NCBI GenBank assembly: GCA_963697165.1
Contig: CAVOMX010000005.1
Location: 1-20,002 of the forward strand
DNA: 20,002 bases
From: Candidatus Bathyarchaeota archaeon
GTDB lineage: Archaea; Thermoproteota; Bathyarchaeia; Bathyarchaeales; Bathyarchaeaceae
Reading direction: 5' to 3'
In this document: piece by piece, positions 1 through 9,541 of the stretch
Numbering within the stretch: position 1 is the stretch's first letter
Layout: every line of letters starts with the position of its first letter
Made by a program: the position numbers and the translations under genes
Notes under the pieces: model-generated
Told to the model about the DNA's origin: nothing
Seen by the model: the letters and a program-made list of their open reading frames with translations, nothing else
The model's database searches: none

Positions 1-101
1 TTAATCAAAAGAGCATTTCGTTGACAAAACAGATAAAATTCCCATCTACTTCTGGGAACACATATTTCTCTCTTTTTCTTTCTCACCAGAAAACAGTAAC
101 A

Positions 102-147
102 TTAGATTAATACCTTCAAGTTAGCATCTTCGTAGATTCTTCGTAAC
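102..147 (-). pseudogene. Remnant of a tyrosine-integrase 3' end (copy 1 of an imperfect direct repeat)
   Basis: 36/46 nt identical to 2581-2626. The minus strand reads KLRRIYEDANLKVLI*, which resembles the C-terminal tail I recall for Bathyarchaeia integrases (..ERLKxIYDKANLKVL). Not database-verified. Confidence 0.55.
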
Positions 148-184
148 TTCTAAGTATATCCACATAATGTGCGCACAGAAATTC

Positions 185-1056
185 TTAACCTGCTGAGTGT
201 CGGCGACGACGTATGTAATGCATAATCAACGTTAAACCAACTATCAATAATAATAGACCAATTAAAAGGAGTTGACCGCGAATGAACCCTTTATACTCTT
301 TAATTAACCATGTTTCTATTTTAGGATCCCAAGTCCATGGTCCGTCTATAGAAAAAAAGTATGGTATTACTGTTAAAAAGCTTCCGAGGATTGTAAAAGC
401 TATCGCAATAGGTAAGGTATAATTCTTGATTTGAAGGGTATAATTCTTGATTTTTTTCATTTTCATTATTGGAGCGAATCGCCTTTCTAGAAACGCGATA
501 AATCGGTCAAAACTCTCTTCCGCTTCTTCCATGAGGTAACCTTCCTCCTCTAAATTATGGACTTGTTCATCAGGAGAATCATCCAAAAATCCTGTTTCGG
601 CAATAACAAAAGGAAGAACAAAAATACCGAATACAAACAGAGTTGCAAAGAACAGGCTATTACTCCAAATACTGAACCCATAATAAAAAGCATATGATGG
701 ATTAATTGAGTCAATAATTAACGGTTGGACTATCCATTCATGATCGATTGACATCAAGTATCCAATTAAAATCAGGGAAAGGATAGTCACAGCGGTTAAC
801 ACTACTATTATTTTGGAAGTTTTATCCTGTTTAATCTCTGATTCTTCGTATCGGTCTAAACAGATTATAGTTAATATAAAACCGAAAAACAATAAAATAA
901 AGCCCATAATGAGAAAGCCCACTGCGTAAAGGGTTAGAAGCTAAAGAAATAAAATCCTTCATTGCTCAACATAAACAAGCCGAGAAGGGAACCGCCAAGG
1001 ATGATTATTAGCACGCCGATTTTCCACAGATTTTCTTTTATAGAATTTTTATTCAC
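185..1056 (-). CDS. Multi-pass membrane protein, hypothetical (5' part frameshifted)
   Basis: ORF 185-922 has several hydrophobic helices and a basic C-tail. Upstream frames continue with hydrophobic coding sequence (LWKIGVLIIILGGSLLGLFML) to a GTG at 1056. A TATA-like TTATAAAT lies on the minus strand at about 1112-1119. Confidence 0.7.
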
Positions 1057-1218
1057 GTTTATTTTCCCTAGCCGTTTGGTTTTAAGGCAAAATTGATGTT
1101 TGAATCTGAGGATTTATAACGTTTTGGTGGAGTTTTTTGTTCTACATTGAAATAACGACACATACTCACGGTGATTTTGCTTTTCAGACAAGCTATTAAA
1201 AAAGGCAACCCAGTCTAT

Positions 1219-2485
1219 TCATCCTCTGCTCGTCTCAACCAACGATTTAGCAGAATTATTTCCTGTTCACCCATATGTCCTGCTCCACTGCATATTTCCA
1301 TTTGCATCAGTTTTAGTCAACCAAAAATCGGGGTATTCATAACCCGAAGAACTTGAATATCCTGCAATAATGAAACCTCCATCAGATGTCACAAACCAAA
1401 GAATAAGCCACTTCAGACATTTCTCCTCCGTATGTCTGACTCCATTCCACATTTCCATTTTCGTCAGTCTTAATCAACACAACATCATAACCTTCAGGAG
1501 CAAGATAGTCTGTAACCCCGGCTAACGTGTATCCTCCATCAGACGTCTCAACCAACCGAATAACTACTCCTTCTCCTCCATAAGTCTGGTTCCACTCCAT
1601 ATTCCCAGATCCATCAGTCTTAACCAACCAAAAAGCACCAGTCTCCGTAAATCGAGTTTGCGCCAGCTAAGGCGTAGCCACCATCAGACGTCTCAACCAA
1701 CGATTAGCATAATCATTTCCTCTCCTCCGTATGTCTGGTTCCACTCCATATTCCCAGACGCGTCAGTCTTAATTAACCAAAAATCAGTCACCACCACCAA
1801 GACTTGTGTAACCCGCTAATGCATATCCTCCATCAGACGTCTCAACCAACGAGTAAGCATCTCTAACCTGTTCCTCCATATGTTTTGTTCCATTCCATAT
1901 TCCCATTTTCATCAGTCTTAACCAGCCAAGCTTCCGACCATCCATAATCAAGATTAACACTGGAATAACTTATATCGCCGGCTAATACGTATCCTCCATC
2001 AGACGTCTCAAGCAACGAACGAGCTCTCTCTATCGGCTCCGTTATCGTATGTTTGGGTCCATTCTACAGTTCCATTTTCATCAGTCTTGACTAACCAATA
2101 ATCACCATCTCCAGCACCAAAGGATTGGGTATGGCCAGCTAAGGCGTATCCTCCATCAGATGTCACAACCAACGAATAGGCTGTTTCAAACTTTTCTCCT
2201 CCGTATGTCTGATTCCATTCTTCAGTTCCCATCTTCGTCAGTCTTAACCAACCAAAAATCACAATCTTCAGTATCAAAGGTTTGGGTATGGCCAGCTAAG
2301 GCGTATCCTCCATCAGACGTCTCAATCACCGCAAAAGCTGCATCCATACTTGTGTCTCTATTTGTTTGGATCCCATTTTCTGAGAATACTCCAGCCAAAT
2401 AAAGTAAAGAAAAACTAAGTAAAACAGAAATTAATATGCTTAGAAGAAAATGCCTTTTATAACGCATTAATTTCCCCAAAAACAT
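1219..2485 (-). CDS. Secreted/membrane-anchored repeat protein, probable beta-propeller (SDGGYALAG..WLVKTD.GN.EWNQTYGG repeats), frameshifted
   Basis: ORFs 2222-2485, 2008-2277, 1382-1627 and 1267-1458 are pieces of one gene. It has an N-terminal hydrophobic segment, 7 repeats of about 50 aa and the start of an 8th ending SLVETSRG*. Confidence 0.8.
1228..2330. repeat. Intragenic tandem repeats of about 145-166 bp
   Basis: The CCATCAGA core occurs at about 1379, 1536, 1681, 1830, 1996, 2153 and 2310. 2125-2160 and 2282-2317 are identical over 36 nt. Confidence 0.9.
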
Positions 2486-2509
2486 GTTTTATGATGCTTC
2501 CTTAAACGT

Positions 2510-2558
2510 GTTTTTCTCAAGAAACCTTGACCTTGGGTTTGAGGTTAAAATTTACCCT
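2510..2558. promoter_or_regulatory. Composite element: TCAAG-AAAC-CTTGA palindrome plus AGGTTAAAATTTACCCT palindrome (BRE/TATA-like on the minus strand)
   Basis: 2510-2532 matches 16607-16629 at 22/23 nt, and 2541-2554 is identical to 14285-14298. It lies 25-73 bp upstream of the propeller gene start. Confidence 0.6.
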
Positions 2559-2580
2559 TAATTGTCTGAAAAAAGAGGGT

Positions 2581-2730
2581 TTAGGTTAATATTATTAGGT
2601 TAGCCTCTTCGTAGATTTTCCGCAACCCTTCAGGATTACATACTCAAAACCCGACTCTCAAATTACATGCTTCCTCAAAAGACTCAACAGTTCTCAAGTT
2701 AACCTCTTCGTCTCTGAAGAGGAATTTTAT
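2581..2730 (-). pseudogene. Chimeric integrase C-terminal remnant(s)
   Basis: The minus strand reads FRDEEVNLRTVESFEEACNL / ESGFEYV and then NPEGLRKIYEEANLIILT*. These resemble two different integrase C-terminal tails recalled from Bathyarchaeia (EEAxxLIEAGFEYV and PERLKxIYDKANLKVL). No catalytic domain is present. Confidence 0.55.
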
Positions 2731-2892
2731 TTTCAATTTTCTATGTTAAACTAAAAAGTCTTATTCCTTTCTGAATTAATAGACGCTTATTGGTCAATAC
2801 CAACCCTTTCTAAAATCAAAGGGCTTGAAAAAATTTGAAGAATGGCTTAAATTTTCCGAGCATAATTGTATGTGGTAAGACAGTGTGTTCAA

Positions 2893-3348
2893 ATGAGCAT
2901 TTATACAAACAAATGTCTGGAATGCGCGGAAGCATACATAAAAAATCTGTTAAACTTAATTCTTTTAAGAGGTCAAGAATGTTGTGTATGCAAAGATGAA
3001 CAAGTGTGCATATGGATTGTTGATGAAGCAAATCTAGCATGGGGTCTTGCAGTATATGTCAGGTTATTTTGTCGAGAGCATGAAAAAAGGTGGAAAGAGG
3101 CAGAAAGATTAGAGTATAACAAGTTGAATGGAGTTATGCTTGTTGAGATGCCTTACCAGAAACCAGTTGGATTATGGACTAGCCTTTCTTGGAGCGATTT
3201 TTTGATCCTATTAACAAACTATTTTGGTGACAAGAAAGCTATTGAAGAGAAGCTTCTCCCACAAATTGTGAATCCATGCGAAGAGTTCCTACAGAAGAAC
3301 CCTAAATTTGTTTTAAAAGGCAGTATTGAAGATTACATAAAAGTGTAA
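2893..3348 (+). CDS. Hypothetical Cys-rich protein, possible zinc finger
   Basis: ORF 2866-3348 with a likely ATG at 2893. Contains CLEC, CCVC and FCREH motifs. Confidence 0.65.
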   Translation: MSIYTNKCLECAEAYIKNLLNLILLRGQECCVCKDEQVCIWIVDEANLAWGLAVYVRLFCREHEKRWKEAERLEYNKLNGVMLVEMPYQKPVGLWTSLSWSDFLILLTNYFGDKKAIEEKLLPQIVNPCEEFLQKNPKFVLKGSIEDYIKV

Positions 3349-3587
3349 AAGTTTGGCTTTTGACCTAAAATAATCATATTTTTTTTGTGCGCGCGTATAC
3401 AAAAAGTAATTACTAATCAAATGTGGCACAAATCATAAAATGCTCCCAATAAAAAACCCTTCTATGATGAAACATAGAATTGCTCTTACTTTGGTACAGC
3501 ATGTTGATTGAGACTCTATTCTTTATGTTTTTGCTTAATGCTTATATGCCGTAGTGCTGGTTTTTTGTGTGCAGGGGAATTGGGGTA

Positions 3588-3698
3588 ATGGACGAGGAAA
3601 AGGCTGAGGAGAAAGCTTTTCGGAAAAGGGTTAAGAACAGACGCTACGGTGGCAAATATAAAGGAAGAGGAAAATACAAACCGAAAGACCCCGTATAA
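3588..3698 (+). CDS. Small basic protein (36 aa), not in the ORF track
   Basis: ATG at 3588 to TAA at 3698 gives MDEEKAEEKAFRKRVKNRRYGGKYKGRGKYKPKDPV. GGGGT SD-like sequence is adjacent and TTATAT (TATA-like) is at 3542-3547. Confidence 0.55.
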   Translation: MDEEKAEEKAFRKRVKNRRYGGKYKGRGKYKPKDPV

Positions 3699-3733
3699 CC
3701 TTCTGTTTTCATGTTTGCTGGAGAATGATCTAA

Positions 3734-4595
3734 CTGAAAGGAAACCTGAAAACCGTTCTCTCCGACAAACTTGAACCCGAACAACTAAAGCTACTCTACA
3801 AAACCTACGACATAGTAGGCGACATCGCTATCATTCGAGATCTTGCCAGAGCCGCTAGAGCATCACAGCAGTCTAATCGCAAAAGCTATCATTAATACCC
3901 ATAGGGAAATCAAGTCCGTATGGCGGCAAGCCAGTTCAGTTTCAGGTGATTACAGATTACGAAGTTTAAAGTTTCTTTTTAGGCACAGAAACAACCGAGA
4001 CCCGCTACAAGGAGTATGGCTGCGTCTACAAAACTGACTTACGGAAAGCCTATTTTTCTCCCAGACTCTCCTATGAGCGGCTGCGGATCGCGGGGCTGGT
4101 TCAGAAGGGGGAAACTGTTTTGAACATGTTCGCGGGAGTAGGCTGCTACTCTATAGCAATCGCGAAACATTCAGAGGCCACTGAAAGTCATTTCGATAGA
4201 TGTTAACCCATTTGCGTTTCCAGTATCTGATAGAGAACATCAGACTAAACAGGGCTGAAAAAATAGTTGTTCCATTTCAGGGAGACGCAAAAACTATAAC
4301 AGAAAAAAAACTGCAGAATTTTGCTGACCGAGTTCTTATGCCGCTACCCGAAAGAGCTTACGAGTATCTTGATTATGCCCCTGTTGGCACTAAAACCTGA
4401 GGGCGGATGGATACATTATTACGACTTTGAATATGCAAAAAAGAATGAAAATCCGGTAAAAAAAGTTGAACAAAAATGTCAGAAAAACTACAATTGCATT
4501 GCACTGACTTTCGGGTAACCTTTGGGCGAATCGTGAGACCAATAGGACCCCGATGGTACCAAGTGGTTCTGGACATACACGTGAAAAATAGTTAG
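3734..4595 (+). CDS. taw21: Met-10+/Trm5 family SAM-dependent tRNA position-37 methyltransferase, Trm5a/Taw21-like (frameshifted)
   Basis: Joined frames give YDIVGDIAIIR, YFSPRLSYER, LNMFAGVGCYSI, DRVLMPLP and GGWIHYYDF. It is about 285 codons and lacks the N-terminal D1 domain. The subfamily call is less certain than the family call. Confidence 0.8.
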
Positions 4596-4656
4596 GCAAA
4601 TTGTTTATAATCCTCTGCCAAATAATAAGCATTACATAACAACAGAGGGATCAACA

Positions 4657-4929
4657 ATAAAAAAGAAATTAATGGCCATCCTTGCTTGTCCCATCGACAA
4701 ACATTATCCCTTGGAACTTCACGTTTTTGAAGAAAGCGAAGAAATCACAGAGGGAGTGATAGTCTGCCCCAAATGTTTACGGTGGTATCCAATCCGAGAT
4801 GAAATACCTGAAATGTTACCCGACGAATTGCGAAATGAAAAAGACGAACTGCCCTTCATGCGAAAATGGAAACAAAAATTCCCAGAACAAATACTAACTG
4901 AAGGCAAACCCTTCAATATTGAAAAATAG
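4657..4929 (+). CDS. trm112: Trm112 family methyltransferase activator
   Basis: ILACPIDK..EGVIVCPKCLRWYPIRDEIPEMLP. ATG is at 4672. An in-frame ATA at 4657 follows a GAGGGA SD-like sequence and would give xKKKLM. Confidence 0.9.
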   Translation: MKKKLMAILACPIDKHYPLELHVFEESEEITEGVIVCPKCLRWYPIRDEIPEMLPDELRNEKDELPFMRKWKQKFPEQILTEGKPFNIEK

Positions 4930-4983
4930 ACGTGTAAGAAGGGGCTAGAAGTTCTTTCTGCCAAAAATTTTGTGCTCTTATTT

Positions 4984-5205
4984 TCAGCGTTCGGGAAGCT
5001 CTGAATACTTTCCATCTGATGATCTGTAAACTGCAAGCTTTGTAATTGTTTTCCAGTTTTCTCCAGAATTTCGCCTAAGCTGGAGAGTAATGACTTCTGC
5101 TGCTGGATCTGCTTTTCCAGGCCAGACAGTTATATTCAAAAAATCTTGTTCATTGATGCGCTTGTGGAATCTTGCTTTCGGTTGAGATGAAGACATTTTT
5201 TTCAC
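4984..5205 (-). CDS. Small hypothetical protein (about 70 aa)
   Basis: Intact ORF filling the gap between trm112 and the CARDB gene, with a globular beta-rich pattern (FLNITVW, VITLQLRR, LAVYR). Confidence 0.75.
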   Translation of the reverse strand: MKKMSSSQPKARFHKRINEQDFLNITVWPGKADPAAEVITLQLRRNSGENWKTITKLAVYRSSDGKYSELPER

Positions 5206-5325
5206 TAATATTTCCTTTGGTGCTCCACATTTTTATTTTTATAGGAAACAAACCAAAAATAGCGCCTGAACAGTAATCAATGAACCTGAATCATTAACAA
5301 CAAGACTTTTAGTAAAGTGCGAAAA

Positions 5326-5342
5326 TCATTAATAGTTAATGA
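5326..5342. promoter_or_regulatory. Palindrome TCATTAA-TAG-TTAATGA upstream of the CARDB gene
   Basis: Perfect 7-bp arms ending about 25 bp before the ATG at 5367. AATCATTAA is also present at 5289-5297. Confidence 0.4.
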
Positions 5343-5366
5343 GTAATCACTAGAATCTGAGGTCAA

Positions 5367-8273
5367 ATGAGCCCCAAATCTGCTGTTACTACCCTCAAAA
5401 TAATTCTCGCGATCGACTTGTTAATTGTCGCCCTTGCTGTTCCTAGTTTCTTGTATGTTGATTCTCTGGTTCCAAAATCAGCCAGTTTTGAAGTATCAGA
5501 TTTGATTATTTACCCTAATTGGTTGCAGATTGGGGAACCTGTTCAGGCATCTGTTAAGATAACTAATGTTGGGGAAAAGAGCGGCGACTATATGGTAACA
5601 ATGACAATTGATGATGAGCCAATAGCAACTGAAACAGTTCGACTTTCAGGACAAGACAGTAAAACATTGGTTTTCACTGTTACTGAAGTAGCTCTAGGCG
5701 AGCACACTGTTAAAGTGGAAGATTTAACGGGCACATTGAAAGTCACCGTGGAAGCGCCAACTGGACCCGCACAACTCAAAATAACAGACCTGGGAGTTAG
5801 CCGCATCGAGGCTGGAGTCGGAGATGTGATAACAGTTTCTGCAACAGCAACCAACATAGGCGACGAAGATGGCGAATTCACAGTTGTATCTTTTAGTAAA
5901 CAATAACGAGAGAGAAACAAGAAACATTCAGCTTGAAGCTAAAGACTCTGAATTTTTAGCGTTTGAGGTTGCTGAAAACACGGAAGGAATTTATGAAATA
6001 AAATTGGGCGATTCAACAACCTCATTTAAGATTACGTCTGAGGCTCAGCCAGCGAAACCTGCAGAGTTTCATGTAACCGAATTAACAGTTGACCCTAACT
6101 CAGTTGTAGGCGGTGAAAGTGTTGATGTTTCAGTCAAGGTAACTAATGTTGGCGAAGAAACTGGAAGTTATTCAGTTGAATTAAACGTTGATGGACTAAA
6201 CTAGAAACAACAGAGGTTACATTATCAGGTGGAGCTACTCAAGTTGTAACCTTTGAGGTTACTGAAACTGGATCAGGTACACACACAGTGGAGATAGGTG
6301 ATCTTTCAGGCTCATTTACTGTTGAAAACTTGAGTCCGCCATCGGAAAACATCGAGATAACCAATGTAAAGGTAAAGCCTTACGAAGTTTGGGCTGGTGA
6401 TGCAGTTGCTGTAATCATCAAAGCCACCAATCTGGTAAACGAGCCTGGTACCCTTCAGGTAAGAATTCTGATTAAAGATGAAGTTAAAGCAACAAAAGGA
6501 TTTGATTTGGAAGCAGGCGCAACAGATGTGGAGCTTGAAGTAGCACTTACAGCAGGAGCAGTAGGCAATTATCCGGTTACGGTAGTGAACCTAGGCAATG
6601 AAAAGAACACAAAGTCTGGATACTTCAAAGTTGTAGAGAATGGACTTCACACCCTCAGCGTAGGTTCCTATCCGGTTGTAGGCATCCCATTCAAACTAGA
6701 TGGTGTAGAATATACAACACCATACACGCAACTTTTGCCTGAAGGTGACTATGGGTTTGAGGTAGAACCAACATACGATAGTGGAAAATACATCTTCATT
6801 GGCTGGGAAGACAATTCTACAAGCCTTAAACGGACCGTAACCCTAAATGAACGAAAGTCAATCACTACTGATTTTAGTGGAGGAATATGTTGCCCTTCTG
6901 TTTACAGCTGGAATGGAACCGACTACTACTATAATGCAGAATTATCAAACCCTGGATGGCTAGGATACATCGGCTACATCACCGAGGATGGAACAATCAT
7001 ATTTGTGGGGGGTAATCCCTGGGATGGAGTAAAATTGGATTCAAACCAGTTGGCAATAAAGGAAATTGGAAACCGCAGCTACTATGACGTTACGCTAACT
7101 CAAAAATGGGATGAAATCTTTTATCTAGATGCGGCTTACCTGATGGTTGTTGACCACCCAACGGACGTGGACGTTTACTCGACCATTGTGCGTTACATCA
7201 ATCCATCTTTTACTGATACCATTTATACTGTTAGCCAAACACCCATGACTCCGACTTTCTGCTGTTAACGAAAAAGGCGATGATGTTCTGTCTCTCATCT
7301 CTGAAATGGATGGAGTTTTCACTCCAGGAATCAATGGACTTGCAAGCGAATTATGGGACAATGGTACATGGAATCAGTTAACAGTAAACTTGGGCGATTT
7401 GTCTGATGCAGAGCAGATTAAACTTTTAATCAAAGGAATGGTTGATTGGGGTCCAGCTGATGTCTATTATGCATTGGATCGACCAGTTTAAGGCAGCAGC
7501 TGCAGAAGGTCTGATGCCAAATGGTACACAAATTACTCCACCACCATTTATTGAGGTTCTAGATGAAAACGGAGATTGGGTTCGTGTTCCAGAGGACAGG
7601 CAGATTCCTATACCCGCAGATTATGTTGCCCGACCGTTTGTCGTTGACTTGACAGGTATTTTCCTCTACAAACAACTACTCGATTAGATTAAACAACTTC
7701 TGGAATGTAACATTCGATTACATTGGAGTAGATACGACACCACAGGAAAGCCTAACAATACAGAGAATTGACGCTATCGCTGAGCTTCGCCAAATATTTG
7801 AAACTCCCTCTGAAGCTTCAGGAGACTTCACAAGGTATGGTGACGTAACCGAATTAGTCCAGCGAATGCGATGACATATTTGTAATTGGAATGCAAGGAG
7901 ACGAAGTGGCTCTCCTGTTTCCTGTTGACGATATTGCCCCAGCCTAAAGAGGGCACAGAAAGAACGGCTATTCCTGTTTGGAGCTTGCTGGTTCAAAGAC
8001 ACGCCAACCAACTGGGGATTTGGATTTGACTTCACCGTGGATCCAATTCCCTTCAGGAACATGACTGGTTTCCCATACACCGATGCAGAAAGTTACCCAT
8101 ACGACGCCGAACACATGCTTACATCAAGCGAATATAACACCCGGACAATAATTGATCCAAGCAGCTTGAACCACAAGCCTGCTTCCTTGTCAACTTGGGT
8201 AAGTGCTGTCCTGCTTGTAATGGGTGTTGTCGACTTGGGTGTTATTGTCTATTACAGGAAACGAAGGCAGTAA
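5367..8273 (+). CDS. Large cell-surface protein with CARDB/Ig-like repeats and an uncharacterised C-terminal domain (frameshifted, about 960 aa)
   Basis: ORFs 5367-5906, 5869-6204, 6288-7268, 7306-7491, 7442-7687 and 8037-8273 join into one gene. N-terminal TM, repeated V.V.VTNVGE..G motifs, a CCPSVYSWNG domain, and a C-terminal TM followed by YYRKRRQ. Confidence 0.85.
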
Positions 8274-8552
8274 CGTCACTGCACCCTTTTTTGTGATCAA
8301 GAACCGTCTGAAAACATTAGTTTGACTCTCTTAGACTCAGTTTTTGTTACAGAACGTTTGCTTTGCTTGTTTTTCTGTGTTATTGGATGTATTGTGGTAT
8401 AGCTATTGATTTAATTGTATCTAACATTCGTTATGTAAACTTTAAATTCTATGTCCTCTATTTTTTGGTAATCTAAAAATTCCTGAAAACTTGGACATTT
8501 AGTTGATGTCTGAGCTTCCAAATTAACTGCATCATGTCTGTAAAGGGGAAAA

Positions 8553-9497
8553 ATGATGTTAGAAATAATATCAGAACTACTCAAGTTAACTGTTTTTGGG
8601 GGATTAGCGTTAGCAGGAATGTTGGTTATTGTAATATGGAAACAGGACCTTAAGACAAAAGTAAGCTACCTGCGAATGTTTGTTCAACTCGTAGCCCTGA
8701 TATCCATTTACTATCTATACACATTCTCTCTTTGGCTGCTTCTCATGTTAGCCATAATTCTCATATTGCCTCTATTCTTAGGCAGATCCTTCTGCGGCTG
8801 GCTCTGCCCATTTGGGTTATACTCCGACCTGATTACAATACTCCGAAGGACATTGAAGGTACGCTACCGTATACTTCCTGAAAGACTCAACAGAATCCTG
8901 AATCAACTTAGGTACATTATTTTGGTGTTCTTTTTAGTTCTGCCCTTTCTTCTGGGTCCAATAGAAAGCTGGCAATGGTTTCTGGGTCTGTATCTGTCGG
9001 GTCCTTTTAGAGCCATGAGCATTCTCTTGGGTCCATTAGAGCCGTTGATTATACCATGGGAGACTGGAGTAAAACTTTTCACAATAGATGTCAGTTTCCC
9101 CTACGTCACGGACATGATATTCTATAGCGGTGACTTTTTCATATTCACTGTACCCCTTATTGTTTCATTAATGATTGTGGCTTCATTTTTTGTGAGACGT
9201 TTCTGGTGCCGATTTTGCCCCACAGGAGCATCAATCGCCATCATAAACAGGTTTAAAGGCTTCAAGTGGGCGCCTCTGCTTCATCTGAACAAGGATGAAG
9301 AAAAATGCACCAAATGCGGAATATGCAAAAGAGTTTGCCCGCTGCAGGTCACTGACGTGTATGAGCAGAAAGGCGGAGACATAAAGACTTCGATGTGCAT
9401 GCTGTGCCTCCGATGCGTAGAAATGTGCCCATACGAAGACTGCCTAAAACTGAAAGCAGACGGAAAAACACTCTTCAAGTCACGAAACTGGCTATAG
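8553..9497 (+). CDS. Membrane 4Fe-4S binding protein (NapH/MauN-like polyferredoxin)
   Basis: GRSFCGWLCPFG and RRFWCRFCPTG motifs, two CxxCxxCxxxCP clusters and multiple TM helices. Confidence 0.9.
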   Translation: MMLEIISELLKLTVFGGLALAGMLVIVIWKQDLKTKVSYLRMFVQLVALISIYYLYTFSLWLLLMLAIILILPLFLGRSFCGWLCPFGLYSDLITILRRTLKVRYRILPERLNRILNQLRYIILVFFLVLPFLLGPIESWQWFLGLYLSGPFRAMSILLGPLEPLIIPWETGVKLFTIDVSFPYVTDMIFYSGDFFIFTVPLIVSLMIVASFFVRRFWCRFCPTGASIAIINRFKGFKWAPLLHLNKDEEKCTKCGICKRVCPLQVTDVYEQKGGDIKTSMCMLCLRCVEMCPYEDCLKLKADGKTLFKSRNWL

Positions 9498-9541
9498 CCA
9501 ACAGTTTTTAGAAATACCTAAGTCGCAATGATACGTTGTTT

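Noticed and set aside
60..184. Integron attC site (TGCTAAC...GTTACTG on the minus strand)
   Set aside because: Too short and lacking a convincing L-box stem. The integrase shows no recognisable IntI-specific insertion.
1228..2330. Regularly spaced repeats as a CRISPR array
   Set aside because: The period is about 150 bp, the whole unit is homologous and protein-coding, there are no unique spacers, and no cas genes are present.
3460..3535. C/D box sRNA starting at ATGATGA (3464-3470)
   Set aside because: No canonical CTGA D box at the expected distance. The C-box-like sequence lies in a 7-bp hairpin (TTCTATG/CATAGAA) that may be chance.
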